From NCBI GenBank assembly GCA_032718475.1, contig JAUCBJ010006704.1, positions 1 to 64,000 of the forward strand: a DNA stretch of 64,000 nt, read 5' to 3'. The notes beneath the pieces were generated by a model that saw only the letters and a list, made by a program, of their open reading frames with translations, searched no databases and was not told the origin of the DNA. This DNA is from Nemertoderma westbladi (taxonomy: Eukaryota; Animalia; Xenacoelomorpha). Positions 36,101 through 43,757 of this stretch are shown piece by piece (within the stretch, counting starts at the first letter, position 1; every line of letters begins with the position of its first letter). The translations under genes and the position numbers were made by a program.

Positions 36101-38303
36101 ATATCCTCAAGGATAGTTAGATTAAATAATTAGTCATTGTAGCACATTTTAATTAAAATCAATAAGACATGTTAAAAACATAGTTAAATATATTTAAAAC
36201 AGAGTTAACATATGATGTGAATAAAAGGAATATTTATTAAATTAAAGATTAGTAGTAAATATGCACATTAAAAATATTATGCGTAATGAAAATATTACGC
36301 ATCAACCATCTTCAACTCATTAAAAATGATCAACTCATGCCCAAGATGAGGTTTACACCTCCCCACCCTGGAGACAGCTATCGCTGGCCTGCCCACAGCG
36401 CAGAAGCGCACAGTACGTCAGATATCTGAGAATAAATCCGGAGCCTGGCTTACCGTCCAACCTTCGACACTTGACCATGTGGATCTCGACCATGAGACTT
36501 TTAGGGACAACCTAGAGATCCACTATGGTTTTGCACCAGCTGGACTCGCACTCAAGTGCGATGGGTCTGAGGAGTCATTCTCGACTACCTACGATCTCAA
36601 CTGGAAAACCGGCGGTTTAGTGATGAGGTGGCACAACAAGGTCCAGGATGTTTTCGCCGACCTCATGTCGTTGGAGGCCCGACGGCATACGAGGTTGTTC
36701 TTTCCATAGGTCCCATTAACCGGGATGGTCAGGTCATTCGTGGGGTGTGCGCAGATATTGTGGCGTGCGGAGCTGGGTTAGTCAGAGGGAGGCATCATTC
36801 GACATTGCGATTGCAAACACCCCCTCTTTCGCCAAGCTAACCACTCTACCAGACGAATCAGTATAGGATGAAATTAAATAGCCTGCGTGGACACCGCGCA
36901 GGCCACTGGGTAGTCGATGGCAAAAAAATAATGTTTATTTTTAATTGTAATGATTTTGCATCCATCATTTCGTGGTTATCATCAAAATAGCCATGATCTT
37001 TTCATATCATTATTAAGCAGATATGTGCCACTGCTGTTCTTATAGTTAAATCTAAAATTGTGCTTTACGTGGATACTTCCAGAGAGCGCAGATAAGTTGG
37101 CATAATGTAACGAATATTGCTAGCAAATCGAAATTACAAGTAGCAGCGCCGAGTTTGGATCAATTTTAGGCCAAATTAAATTAATCAATATTTTTTTAAT
37201 ACCATTTACAAACCTCTAAATTTTGGATGTTCAAACAGCGTTATTCCCTGGGCAGGAAGCAGTAGAATAGAACTCATGCGGTCAGAATTTATAGGAAAAT
37301 GTTCTGAGTTGTATTTCCCAAATTCTAGAATGTCAATTCCACCATTGTATTCGTGTTCGTATAATATCCAACTGTAAAGAAAACATAACATTTTCTAGAT
37401 AAATATCCACTTTAGCTGGTTAACTATCAGTATGGCAGAATTCTTAATTACATGATTTGAGTGTAGCCACTCCCTAACGTGTTTGAGAAATAAATAAATA
37501 TAATTCGTAATTATTGGTCACTCAAGCTTCTACTTCAACTATTATTTAATTTGACACTTCTTTGGGATCTATACCAAACCTTCGACTGGACTGACATCAG
37601 GACCCCTGGTGTTTGAACCTAGAATGAGATTGATTAATAAGGGGAGGTAGATATTATTATCAGCTAAGGACATGAATTATAATCGTTGTAGTATTTTGAA
37701 CTACGTAGACCCGACGAAAACTACTCAGTCTGCTGTCAGTTGTCTTCTTTCAGATGCCTGCAGTCAGTTTTTTGCTGTCGGCATAAAGTTTAACCCGCTC
37801 AAACCGTAGTACTTTAAGAACAGGTATCCATTCAGGTGTACCAGTGTCTTTAAATGGTAATTTACGGAGGTGCTTGCTTATTAAGCTTTTGCCCTGGGGT
37901 GCAATGTATTACGAAAAACATTATCGGGGACCAGGGAAAATAGCTTGTATTTTTCTATATTGGTTTTAGGTAAAGAGAAAGACCCGTTAGCTCCTCTAAG
38001 AGATGTTACTAAGGGCCGACCAGAAGACCCATTAGCTGAGTAGGTAGTTTTATTTCTATTGTATATAAAATTTCCTTCTACTTACATTCCACATACAACG
38101 TTGACAGAAGATAATTTATCATTGAAATTGGCAGCTTTGATATCTGCGTAATTCAGGTTTCCATGTGCAACCAGTTTCTGTCCTGTCCATCCCGGGTCGG
38201 CATACAGCTCGATCATCGGTTCACAATCACAGACCTCATCCTCCTGCTGACACCCACCCAAACCTACAAGCATTAGAATTCCTACCAAGTATGTTAACAT
38301 CAT
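2980..38303 (-). CDS. Spliced gene for a secreted protein with 12 beta/gamma-crystallin Greek-key motifs (6 domains); 11 exons, 1737 nt / 579 aa assembled; may continue beyond 2980
   Basis: Exons 38086-38303, 37214-37371, 35917-36043, 35175-35305, 33383-33512, 32566-32707, 30912-31054, 29837-30106, 7755-7868, 6044-6220 and 2980-3106 join through GT-AG sites with matching phases (2,1,2,1,2,0,2,2,2,2) into one stop-free frame. It has repeated Y/F-x6-G ... (N/D)xxSS motifs and a hydrophobic N-terminus MMLTYLVGILMLVGLGG. Confidence 0.9.
3319..3830 (+). mobile_element. 5'-truncated copy of the young RTE LINE family
   Basis: Nearly collinear with the reverse complement of about 49575-50070 (DEVIPDLLLWQPTHGKRSRGRPAITYIDQLE); ends in a (TAG)n tail. 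Confidence 0.9.
3952..4190. mobile_element. MITE with about 34-bp terminal inverted repeats
   Basis: ATATAAAATAAACAGGTAAAACCTGGAGTCTTAC (3952-3985) matches the reverse complement of 4157-4190 with 2 mismatches. Confidence 0.65.
6044..6220 (-). CDS. Crystallin-repeat gene exon 10
   Basis: Acceptor GCCTAG|C; VRALTALDGTGSYIALFQHPNFCGGSITLDHSEPNLHDFGFHDRISSAIITSGTWLLA; donor GA|GTTAGT. Confidence 0.88.
6611..6800 (+). repeat. Dispersed repeat of about 190 bp, copy 1 (others at 32321-32511 and 53580-53780; inverted partial at about 54125-54200)
   Basis: Shared core AAAATAAAACTGTAACCTGTTCYATTGWGTTTAGTTTATT...TAACCTGCTC...TTCGCCAA; the copies sit next to G or C homopolymer runs. Confidence 0.8.
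7755..7868 (-). CDS. Crystallin-repeat gene exon 9
   Basis: Acceptor TATTAAG|G; WIIYEDNFCGRPSVIGPGDYPEPISWGTSGPRDNTIS; donor AG|GTTAGT. Phase-compatible with exon 8 across a 22-kb intron. Confidence 0.87.
8077..8350 (+). mobile_element. 3' fragment of a non-LTR retrotransposon (RTEX-like C-terminal zinc finger); its 3' UTR appears to be the target of the BEL-like element
   Basis: RLRVMSHNLKIETGRW...RENRVCRC...TETHVL. An AATAAA and (TA)n tail follow the BEL element at about 28942-28960. Confidence 0.6.
8511..11681 (-). repeat. 3' LTR of the BEL-like element (3171 bp; includes a 1906-bp segment absent from the 5' LTR)
   Basis: 8511-9232 and 11130-11681 match 27610-28874; the extra segment is bounded by the direct repeat ATATGATAT (9224-9232, 11130-11138). 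Confidence 0.9.
10932..11005 (-). ncRNA. tRNA-derived sequence (Pol III A and B boxes), not a functional tRNA
   Basis: GGTTCAGTAGCTCAGTTGGTAGAGCG...GAGTTCGAATCC: perfect D-arm (GCTC/GAGC), A box and B box, but the anticodon, T and acceptor stems do not pair. Confidence 0.7.
11760..12440 (-). CDS. Accessory reading frame of unknown function in the BEL-like element (226 open codons, no in-frame ATG)
   Basis: Manually translated stop-free: IRAWEANADLHCDSRHRYYPG...FLRSVNPCDLHSYS...KKLRKRRPRKKD*. Preceded by TTAG (possible acceptor); basic C-terminus. Confidence 0.5.
   Translation of the reverse strand: MRAWEANADLHCDSRHRYYPGRAYEGVYAFHTYLFASVEQKSRISSYELLKRVGECISTKFVRKFLRSVNPCDLHSYSLINYIRQDPDYGDLFVNSHPELQEVYRRPYEYRARERELERTIKPRRFLTAYGPPTALVQTTRKGPVRAAVLKRALKAVRPLSPDVDVNQPGTSTGGYTDHNPIPSDAIILHPSPRSYSPPCKVARPKEKRTLASFKKLRKRRPRKKD
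12464..12658 (-). CDS. Short ORF with two CCHC zinc knuckles
   Basis: CAYC-RLNNL-H-IFAV-C and CHHC-QLKG-H-ASFD-C. Confidence 0.5.
   Translation of the reverse strand: MNPPGLPACFQEQPTMEIYCAYCRLNNLHIFAVCPQFMTQCHHCQLKGHASFDCPFNHDLDELA
13340..13710. mobile_element. Microsatellite-containing non-autonomous element (Helentron/DINE-1-like) with (CA)n
   Basis: CATGCCAAATATCAG and CCAAATTTTG...GAGATATCGC motifs followed by (CA)n at 13616-13666 and a short hairpin. Boundaries approximate. Confidence 0.45.
13711..14270 (-). pseudogene. Second accessory reading frame of the BEL-like element, interrupted by one in-frame TGA (13891-13893)
   Basis: ORF 13891-14223 continues in frame after the stop as GDSAYRARNSDNDYIIEWYQGPQCLTAYDYRHANYVSRQRCRLCASRDH until it meets the (CA)n element. 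Confidence 0.4.
15580..15832 (-). repeat. Gypsy 3' LTR
   Basis: Direct repeat of 20596-20848; preceded on the minus strand by the PPT GGTGGGGGGGTAG (15833-15845), which also encodes the pol stop. Confidence 0.95.
15833..19329 (-). pseudogene. pol: Gypsy Pol (protease, RT, RNase H, integrase, PWWP) with one homopolymer frameshift (about 17737-17745) and one in-frame TGA (17354-17356)
   Basis: FLADSGS protease; RACGDYRGLN and YQDD RT; TTDASG and DRELLAIY RNase H; H..H..C..C zinc finger, HIDIVG / ITDRGSQF / VERFH catalytic DDE and GPY motif in integrase. Confidence 0.93.
19281..20363 (-). CDS. gag: Gypsy Gag (360 aa)
   Basis: VKLPQFYEKDTHVWFDQIE, LGDRKPS and the CWYHWKFGKDSTKCTGNC knuckle are typical of invertebrate Gypsy Gag. 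Confidence 0.9.
   Translation of the reverse strand: MSTDIYNAPKSILEAVLEILHSEDVSYQPPQTKGEILDELKQQNKTFVQLAFNQVQQSLRNVPNLSSSSTDAGFSTHQTQTVKLPQFYEKDTHVWFDQIEQILDKTPEPIKKNSLLRVLPTNVIFDSGAQVTDSFNIIKESLIKYYDDSEERRLKKLLEDQSLGDRKPSVILRHLQRLAPNNINIVKLRFLEILPEPIRLVLISIDGVPIDKLAEIADRMTENMPSHSLVNEVTVKPKTESNINPPPEMQAWCQNITQEINRLSEAINSLSTRNERGRSRYPSTDRDTGYRNRSESYYRGHSQSRSFNQTPSLCWYHWKFGKDSTKCTGNCTWVQPDNFRFPQHQGNSNTPPRPRPSAME
19282..19329 (-). promoter_or_regulatory. Predicted -1 ribosomal frameshift signal between gag and pol
   Basis: Slippery heptamer G GGA AAC (19329-19323), 5-nt spacer, then the stem TACTCCA/TGGAGTA; the -1 frame runs open into FLADSGS. Confidence 0.75.
20577..20594 (-). promoter_or_regulatory. 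Primer binding site, tRNA-Trp-like
   Basis: TGGTGACCCGGACGAGAT, 16/18 identical to the well-known tRNA-Trp PBS TGGTGACCCCGACGTGAT. Confidence 0.75.
20596..20848 (-). repeat. Gypsy 5' LTR (termini TG...TA)
   Basis: Minus strand reads TGTAAGAG...GGATCTAATA; followed by the PBS after 1 nt. Confidence 0.95.
21190..25347 (-). CDS. gag: BEL/Pao Gag-protease polyprotein with in-frame loss of RT and integrase cores (1385 aa)
   Basis: Coiled-coil N-terminus; DUF1759-like KFNGDEMKWLPF...EKLRFLIKCLEG; three BEL-type knuckles (CALCDGPH, CYNCLRSGH, CAKCGAKHHILLH); ALLDSGS protease; then only WRHCLGTINPADIVSRG...W..GSDFL...EWP and RPAGRLCLLE. Confidence 0.9.
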   Translation of the reverse strand: MSDTTQSLSDSLLESVRMTVRQCLKKINDPDPSLEHPRSKSKSPTIVKKAIPTVVVSDPRLVEQRRSIIGTRAQVKRDQEAAVKQQQHPSLEPSSQRPDSSSSLDTAERTPERGAKMVDTVYDERPTYEESTDATSSQVESEVESELTSAEKPRTRDAIDIYLSDYQRFIGDEELRRRLSGLRPNSEGTKLVLDAIDAEMLAANQAKFDEKLRLVRVQEEQVKKRRIEEQRAAAMAEAEAERKEAAARAEVEIQRKAAAAEAKAAAAEAKAAMAEAEARAKKAVAEAERRASEQTTQLELEKLQETQDNINKQLTASHMQIMRKSTPKCQGYTSSEESETTDPEGGGNRSRLSRRRKTSYRHKLPDLPPAVKRQLTSTDLGSVEPIEQFIQVKRLPTIVDEPEVIRPVVPKVTPVLETPALPELNSKFPLHSTTLPVPDGTVHANTPVLSIDRGIKDLSPVVPRQPATMLATPASAVEWVEEGRRGMNLLLGQMQETVHQLKGTVREGRAELQEVQQSIALERDKLVNIQKGIPIPPVTLCQPVRSEVLHAQGVEPTRIYTASEVETPIANPIKGDYRPVVNDIPYRPDNDPRNLYTDNSILNNTMAQESFTRQMARTEARQAVKVGEIVKFNGDEMKWLPFNEYYKDSIQNSVLSNREKLRFLIKCLEGPPRLMALKFIGHPEGLRQVWDTLNIRYGNKDNIAKYLYAKLVAPRHFLSSGIIEFSDEIQEICRQLDWLGKSHEYQSSMVIGAVVSTLPKGGVCTRWDKKVLYMNEQQRRSPTMADLMSFLDSEVKLQLIKQSREKTSENKVSEKPVSRRRIIPVCYTDDGESQASQEEDSGKDTAKSYYDNKTYKDVSKYKSRTSDRREQVTTTPPTSPKRIHGRKPEERTRVHNVTQGKVSNIKPKCALCDGPHHLSACAEFLKKSLVDRRTVLWNKRLCYNCLRSGHQRRTCYSDVKCAKCGAKHHILLHSEFERNNPSQVSEPELHVQFSDVNDTDQESEMEGFYTDEFSDAIESCYLINTSVYRALTYEKDTNNEFPPTTYAKQPSWKAPTSNVGIREFPVVQVRVHGPNKSYIVKALLDSGSTGTFIDQELAEDIFAGQPKFQTKLNMSGIMQVWKSTITADYYVGALSTPQDKLGAQSIRSVKMVAIKNFATTQADLYNWDEDESIQHLKIPRFQTDYPGVQILIGQNAHEALETLEKRPAQPQPLQTYAVRTRVGWYFTGPSRRTLKERLPQQQVYQVKEWEVESSDVDDPTEGTPYSSDNDDINSNIDQWRHCLGTINPADIVSRGATPQELIDTPGWLGGSDFLSKEEEEWPPHLTPAEIRQAKGAEKVTQQLNRPAGRLCLLERDRKLSGNYGRQDTLPTTTSLIRQISRDSIT
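26700..27250. repeat. Tandem duplication of about 288 bp in the BEL-like 5' leader
   Basis: AAACGCTGGCAGA...GCGTTCTAACACGGTAGTACGACTTATTCTTTAAGAGGGGATT occurs at about 26720 and about 27008. Confidence 0.85.
27421..27543. repeat. 38-bp tandem repeat, 3+ copies
   Basis: GTACCGGTT recurs at 27421, 27459, 27497 and 27535. Confidence 0.85.
27610..28874 (-). repeat. 5' LTR of the BEL-like element (1265 bp)
   Basis: Direct repeat of the two outer parts of 8511-11681; contains CCAAT boxes near 28552-28592. Confidence 0.92.
29400..29715 (-). mobile_element. Short 3' remnant of the old RTE family
   Basis: Reverse complement resembles about 1970-2230 (RLAGHCF, WQPHG, CCCATGACT). Confidence 0.6.
29837..30106 (-). 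CDS. Crystallin-repeat gene exon 8
   Basis: Acceptor ATTCAG|G; DTFNGPRIILNPGYY...RDAVSSIKLLEKEVSGDCPSPKITLYTDRNFQG...ENAVSSIKVECG; donor TG|GTGAGT. Confidence 0.9.
30912..31054 (-). CDS. Crystallin-repeat gene exon 7
   Basis: Acceptor TTTTCAG|; RGLIMFQGVYFADEGVSSQNSISDLRPWKMENNLDSLIIRTGKWELF; donor AG|GTAAAA. Confidence 0.87.
32321..32511 (+). repeat. Dispersed repeat of about 190 bp, copy 2
   Basis: High similarity to 6611-6800; follows a G homopolymer. Confidence 0.8.
32566..32707 (-). CDS. Crystallin-repeat gene exon 6
   Basis: Acceptor TTTCAG|A; IYSGTWILYEHHRSGHYVILKPGLYPSPGSWSTKLNDKVSFIRFIPP; donor |GTAAGA. Confidence 0.88.
33383..33512 (-). CDS. Crystallin-repeat gene exon 5
   Basis: Acceptor AAACAG|AT; GALGKIEVFEHPNYEGKALTYYGNVHNGMLSENGMQDKISSL; donor AA|GTTAGT. 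Confidence 0.88.
33870..34845 (+). mobile_element. Degenerate 3' end of a CRE-like non-LTR element (zinc finger + restriction-like endonuclease)
   Basis: CEGCGGEFSTSHALSCKSGG..IKCHDEI; GVWVNQRVASFEVAIINADT; CEERWMSFTPLVGTTGG. Confidence 0.7.
35175..35305 (-). CDS. Crystallin-repeat gene exon 4
   Basis: Acceptor TTACAG|T; DSDFHGNRIRLEPGFYVDDIRPVGHDQVQSLRINCDEVPLYGP; donor G|GTTAGT. Confidence 0.88.
35917..36043 (-). CDS. Crystallin-repeat gene exon 3
   Basis: Acceptor TTTAAG|GT; RFEIISADDPDTGVHSRRDLGKFNNKVSSAIITGAYPWELF; donor AG|GTAATA. Not in the ORF track. Confidence 0.88.
36340..36850 (+). mobile_element. Degenerate CRE-like non-LTR fragment
   Basis: SGAWLTVQP...ETFRDNL...CDG...KTGGLVMRWHNKVQDVFADL; homologous to 34130-34500. 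Confidence 0.65.
37214..37371 (-). CDS. Crystallin-repeat gene exon 2
   Basis: Acceptor TTTACAG|T; WILYEHEYNGG...SDRMSSILLLPAQGITLFEHPKFRG; donor G|GTTTGT. Confidence 0.9.
38086..38303 (-). CDS. Crystallin-repeat gene exon 1 (signal peptide + motif 1)
   Basis: MMLTYLVGILMLVGLGGCQQEDEVCDCEPMIELYADPGWTG...NFNDKLSSVNVVCG; donor AT|GTAAGT. Confidence 0.9.
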
Positions 38304-38861
38304 TTTATTCTTTGATGCCAACTTTTTAGTTTATAAGTTTAATTTCCAAGTTAAAATGTTAGGAAGGAAGGATATGAATCGGTTTTAGTAATTCCTTCTT
38401 TGAGGCACCATATGGCGTTTTTTGCACCTACACGGTAACAAAACGCCTTATTATTGATGTGCAACAATAAAGAAGCACTATAGAATACGAATCCTCAATA
38501 CATATGGCGTTTTTCGCAGCTATGGTACATATATTTGTATTACATAGATACAAATATTGAATTATAATGTTGTACATAGCTGGACAACGCCTTATTATCA
38601 TTGATCTGAGACTCAAGAAAAACAACATAATAGAAGATGACACATCGAATAAAATAAGTAACATATGGTATTTTAGTTTTAAGTTATTTATTGCAAACCA
38701 TTGGAATGCAATAACACTTATTCGTATGCCATATGCCATATGTTGCAGCATCGGTATTATGAGAAAGTATGAAAACTTCCGTGAAAAGTGAAAGTGAAAA
38801 CTTACATAATAATATAAAATAATATATCCCTAAATATTATATTTCATTATATGACATAATA

Positions 38862-39845
38862 TGTTAAAGCTTTGCGGCATAAATGTGACGTTTTTCTGTA
38901 ATACGCGAACAACTCTAAAACTGGCATTATATCGTCCGGAGATTTGAGAACGTATAAAACTTACGCCCTCTAGCGTATATTTTGGTACAGAGCTATAGTG
39001 ACGAAATCACCTGCCATTGGCCAGTGTTTTTTCTTTCTCCCGTAGCCTCTATGTTAATTCCCGGCCAATCAGCACAATTTTCACTTTGCAAGTTCTTGAG
39101 GCCTTGTTTACATATGAATATGTCGCAGTGCGACAAAATCATTCATTCTGACTTCTGCCCGAGACCATCCATGGCCAGACTGCCAGAGGGTTATCAACCA
39201 CAATATATTATCGCTTCTTTCACTCTTTACTGCACTCTGCACTTACGGCATACATCTGACTGCTGATTAAATGCCGGCACCGCATAATTTTATACTGTTT
39301 TATACTGTTATTCATTGTTATTTGGTAACGTATTTAATGGATGTTTATATTTGAAGAATATCGATAATTCCCCCTAACTTTCTTTATTATTGAGGTAAGC
39401 AGAATGGAACATTAGTAACAATTGCTTGGCTCAAATTACAGTGGTCTATATGAATTGTATGCTATTTCAGAACCCCAACGTAAGCGAGCTAAATTTCTCC
39501 TTATATATGAGTAAAATTGGTAACAGTCGGCAAATTAACGTGTTTCAGTATTATTGTCAGTAAAGTGAGTGTGAGCGAATAATTCTACATTCCTAAAAAA
39601 AGTAAAACCGTGATGTTCCACAACCCTCCGTTGTAATTAGTATAAGTCGTAACTCTGTCTGATATTTAAAGCGCAGCATCTAAAGGAACTGTTGATATTG
39701 CCCTGAAAGTAAGCATAGTTGATAAGCATAAGCATATGCCGCGCTAGACTGGCTTCTACTGTGGTCATATATTGTGCAGGCTGTCAGACAACATAAGACA
39801 CATAAATTAACAGGTTAAACTGTTAAAGGTCTAACAGCGCGAAAA
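38862..39845 (+). mobile_element. Diverged solo LTR related to the BEL-like element LTR, opposite orientation
   Basis: Begins TGTTAAAGCTTTGCGGCATA (LTR end, reverse complement: TGTAAAAGCTTCTGTGGGATA); shares the CCATTGG...GCCAATCAG block, CCGTTGTAATTAGTATAAGTC and CAGGTTAAACTGTTAAAGGTC; flanks TAATA/TGATA may be a decayed TSD. Confidence 0.7.
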
Positions 39846-40307
39846 TGATATAATATGTAATAAAAGGTAATAAAAAACAATAACATCAACAAACAACTGG
39901 AACGTACCGGTACTACAAGAGCACACTTGATCTGGAGTCAGCCTGCGAGTCAAGGATGCCCAGAAACCCCCTCCCCCGTACCGAATTCAGCTATATTTCC
40001 CCCTCATCCAATCAAGCTCGCTTTATTTGTGAGGTTGTTGTTGACCTTCTCTTTTGGCGACGTGGCAGGAGGTCTACGCTGCTCAGGGCCGGACTTGTAC
40101 GGACTTGGGGCAGTGGTGTGGGGCCTAGGCTCTACTGTTTGGGGTTTGCACATACGGCGCTAAGTACTTTTCACAGACAATACTAATACTAAACTAGGCC
40201 TTTATACTGAAAGACACATTTTCTCTCGTTTCCATTACTCTAAATTTTCAATCTATTTCTTGCAAATACCTTGCAAAGAAATCTGAAGGTAGATGTAAAT
40301 ATATTAT

Positions 40308-40592
40308 TAGGAAATGTGAGTCAGGAAATGTTTGGAATTTCCTATACATTTTTCCGGAAATTTCCTATACATTTTCCGGAAAGTTCCTTTTTAGTTTATT
40401 TAGCACATTCTTAAAACATAATATAATAGTAAAACACAAGTAGAGTAAACACTAGAAACATTAGGGATTCTTAGATGTGTTTAGGTGGTTCGTTGTCTTG
40501 TCTCTTGTGGTCGTAACTACGGATGAAATATACTTTCCGGAAATTTTCTGAATTTTCCTTGAAAAACATATTTCAGGAAACTCACATCCCTA
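40308..40592. mobile_element. Probable hAT-like MITE
   Basis: TAGGAAATGTGAGT ... ACTCACATCCCTA imperfect terminal inverted repeats with internal (T)TCCGGAAA subrepeats. Confidence 0.45.
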
Positions 40593-42033
40593 TGTCTTAA
40601 GACGTGGAAATGTGAAATTTGAAGCATGTGGGGCGAGCCACGAAAGTAAGCGAGCTTAGCATACGGGTACAACTAACTCAATCGGTGTGTCTGTTGTTCT
40701 GTTGTGTCCAATTTTAAACGTTAATAACTCAGCCGAATGTTAATGAAATTTAACCAAACTTAGTACACATGTAGTCTGGCCACAGTTTAGAAATTTTCCA
40801 AGTTGAATCTCCATGTGGCCTTTGAGAAGCTAAGATAATAGCAGTTAATTAGATAATTAAGTTGATTAAGGTATAAAGCAGCATTTTGTCTGCTGCTCTT
40901 TATTGGAAATTAATTATTTTCTAATATAAGATTTAAATAATTATATTTAAAAATATACAGTTGTAATCCCCATACTGCATTCCATTATAGGTTTTATAAA
41001 GTTCAAGTGATTTGCTTCAAGAAATCTGTTTTTAATTGGAGTAAAAGTAATTAAGTGATTAAAATACCCCTCAGCCGTCACTCTATACTCCCTATATACT
41101 CCAGCTAGCTCCCTTATTCCAAGTCATGATTGCTATTGCCCAGCCTAACTAGGAACCAGTCCAACCACCCCAGCTCACCTCTACTCAAAGGCAGCAATGT
41201 AATGAGCCAAACTAATAAGCCAGCTTTGTTATTGTGTTTAGCTTACAAAATGATTGGCCGAGTACTTAATCATGATTCTTTATATTATTTGGTTAAATAA
41301 TTTCGTTGAGGTGTTGACATGATAAAATCTCAGTATCAATACTATCGGCATAAGGTAAGTTTTATATTTATTACAAATTGGGTCGCCTCCACGCCTAAAA
41401 TATTTAATATATTACTTTATGAGTTTAACATGTTGCCAATAACATGAGTTTATTAAGTAAATTATATAACATGCTATCTTTAATTATTTTTGCTAGAAAT
41501 TTGTGCTGTTTGTATATTTGTGAATCGCTTCCAGTTGTATTTTGTGATATATTAAAAATAAATATAACATATTACTTTTAAAACACAAATTTTATGTTAA
41601 TACCTCTGATTTTCATCAATCTTGTGTGCGCCTTTGGGTTGGGGTGGTGCAGATTAAGAGGGAGGTTGAAGGGGGGGGGGGGGTCTTTATTCCCCTCTCT
41701 TTGATGTACTGGTGGTTGGTTAAATTTCTTGAATACCGAGTTTGTGATACAGTAGAATCGATCACTATTAATCTGTATATTATAACTAAGCCTCGTGCTG
41801 CACGAAGGCGCCACGAACTTGTTCCTGTTTACATCAATATAAAAACATCTGATCTAAAAATGCAAGAATCGAAAGTGAAAAAAATATAATTTTATAAGCT
41901 ACAAAAATATTTACTGTTTTTCACACAAAATTTTGAGTTTAATAAGTGGCAAAATTCAAATTTTCCATGTTCGGTTTCAGTTCGGTCGATCCCTATAGTT
42001 TTCCTAGGTGTCCGTGGAACCGTGGTGGGGGGC

Positions 42034-42068
<35 letters not shown>

Positions 42069-42434
42069 TACGGTCCAGAGCTACTGGACCTTGCTGCTAT
42101 ATTACAATATTATAAAAGTTATATTAATTATTATTAATAATATATATTATAATAATAATAATTACAATTATAGTTTAAGTGACTGAGTGGTGTATATTTA
42201 TTTATTGAAAATTATAATATAGAGAAATATTATAATAATAATAATTAATTATAATTATTTTGGGTATTTGTATTTATAAAATATATCAGATAATAAGAAA
42301 TTTGTACTAAGTACTTCACATACCCACAGAACCATTTTTACTTCGGAATATAAGAAAACAATATGTAAATAAATATATCCCTAACTATTTAAATGATATT
42401 AACTATATATTCGAATTAAATAAGTAGACGAGTG

Positions 42435-42940
42435 TTAAGCGAGTGAGTGAGGGAGTGAATTAAGAAACGGAGAGCCTGTGAAATACTGTACAAATCGTAC
42501 TGGTAACCTCTTTAGTGCATGCTGTCTGCAGCCTACAGGGTGTTGGCAGTGATTGAATGAGTGACACCGACTGTCCCCTGCATGGTACTGGTAACGGACC
42601 TTCTGTAAGTATCTTGTACTCCTATACAATGTGCATACCACTGGTCGAGCAAATACTTGTCAATCAGTTCTCTAGAACCAAAATGATGGTGAACTTGTAA
42701 TGCCAAGCCTAGTGTAGTTTGATTATATACTTTAGCAATATGGGAATGAATTGATTGTGAAATGCAAATTGACTCTTTAGAAATATTACCATTCGAAACT
42801 AATCGTGATATTAGTGAGAATAATGAACTGCTTGTGGATGATATCATGTTGTTGTATGATAAAGTATTCGAATTATTGTAGAACTTGCGATGAGATTCAT
42901 CTTCAAGTTGCTTTATTTCACACGTTATTTTCTGGACCAA
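42435..42940 (-). pseudogene. Fragment of a transposon-like ORF
   Basis: TTLGLALQVHHHFGSRELID resembles motifs of large unclassified invertebrate DNA-transposon proteins; short and degraded. Confidence 0.35.
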
Positions 42941-42977
42941 AGCGTTAAATTAGTTATCAATATAATTGGTTGAGGAA

Positions 42978-43132
42978 TACAATGAACGCACCACGTACAC
43001 TGAAAGCAAATAGCAAACAGGGTGACATGGTAGCGCTGGAATTTGAATATATCATCGACATCATCTGTATCCAAGAATATCAGATTTGTCATGAAGACAC
43101 TGCCATGAAGTACAATTACATTGGAAATGGAT
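42978..43132 (+). mobile_element. Fragment of the RTE endonuclease region
   Basis: TLKANSKQGDMVAL...DIICIQE...CHEDTAMKYN.IGNG matches 52298-52447 (minus strand). Confidence 0.85.
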
Positions 43133-43757
43133 TTTTACTGAAATTTTTCTTAATTTATGGGATAGCCTATTCGTGCAATACTTACTGGTACCTTAGTTAC
43201 TGTATAATGGTTTGGTGCAGTTTTCCTTGTGGTAGTTGGGTTGGGAGCACTACAATCGATTTGGTATTTCAATTTTTAATAGGCCTTAGTGCCTGCCTGA
43301 GTACTAACAGTGGCCCAAGTGGCCCAAAATTCTAGGTAGTATCTGAGGGAATAAGACCCCATTTCCTATTTTATTGTTTTCAGATTAATATCACAATCCC
43401 TCTAAAGTCGTGGTTGTCAAACATCATATAATTATATATTTGCAGGGGCATTTTCTGACATCTGTGCAATTTTGTTTAAAAATCTGATCATTTATCTGTT
43501 CATACCGGTAGGTACTAATTGGGGTTGGTTGCATTCAGTGGGGAATCATGTTTATGCATTTGTGGCTGATGGTAACATACAGGACCCAGGATCTACTGTA
43601 ATTTCCCATCTAGGATCTAGAATCAGTAATATCACACCAAGTCTCACAACTAGATAGAGCCCTGAATCTAAGTTAGTGTCTATGATGTAAGGTAGCACCC
43701 CTGGTTCCCAGCTGAGTTCCCCTTGAAACTAATATTATATTATATATATTGGTTTTC

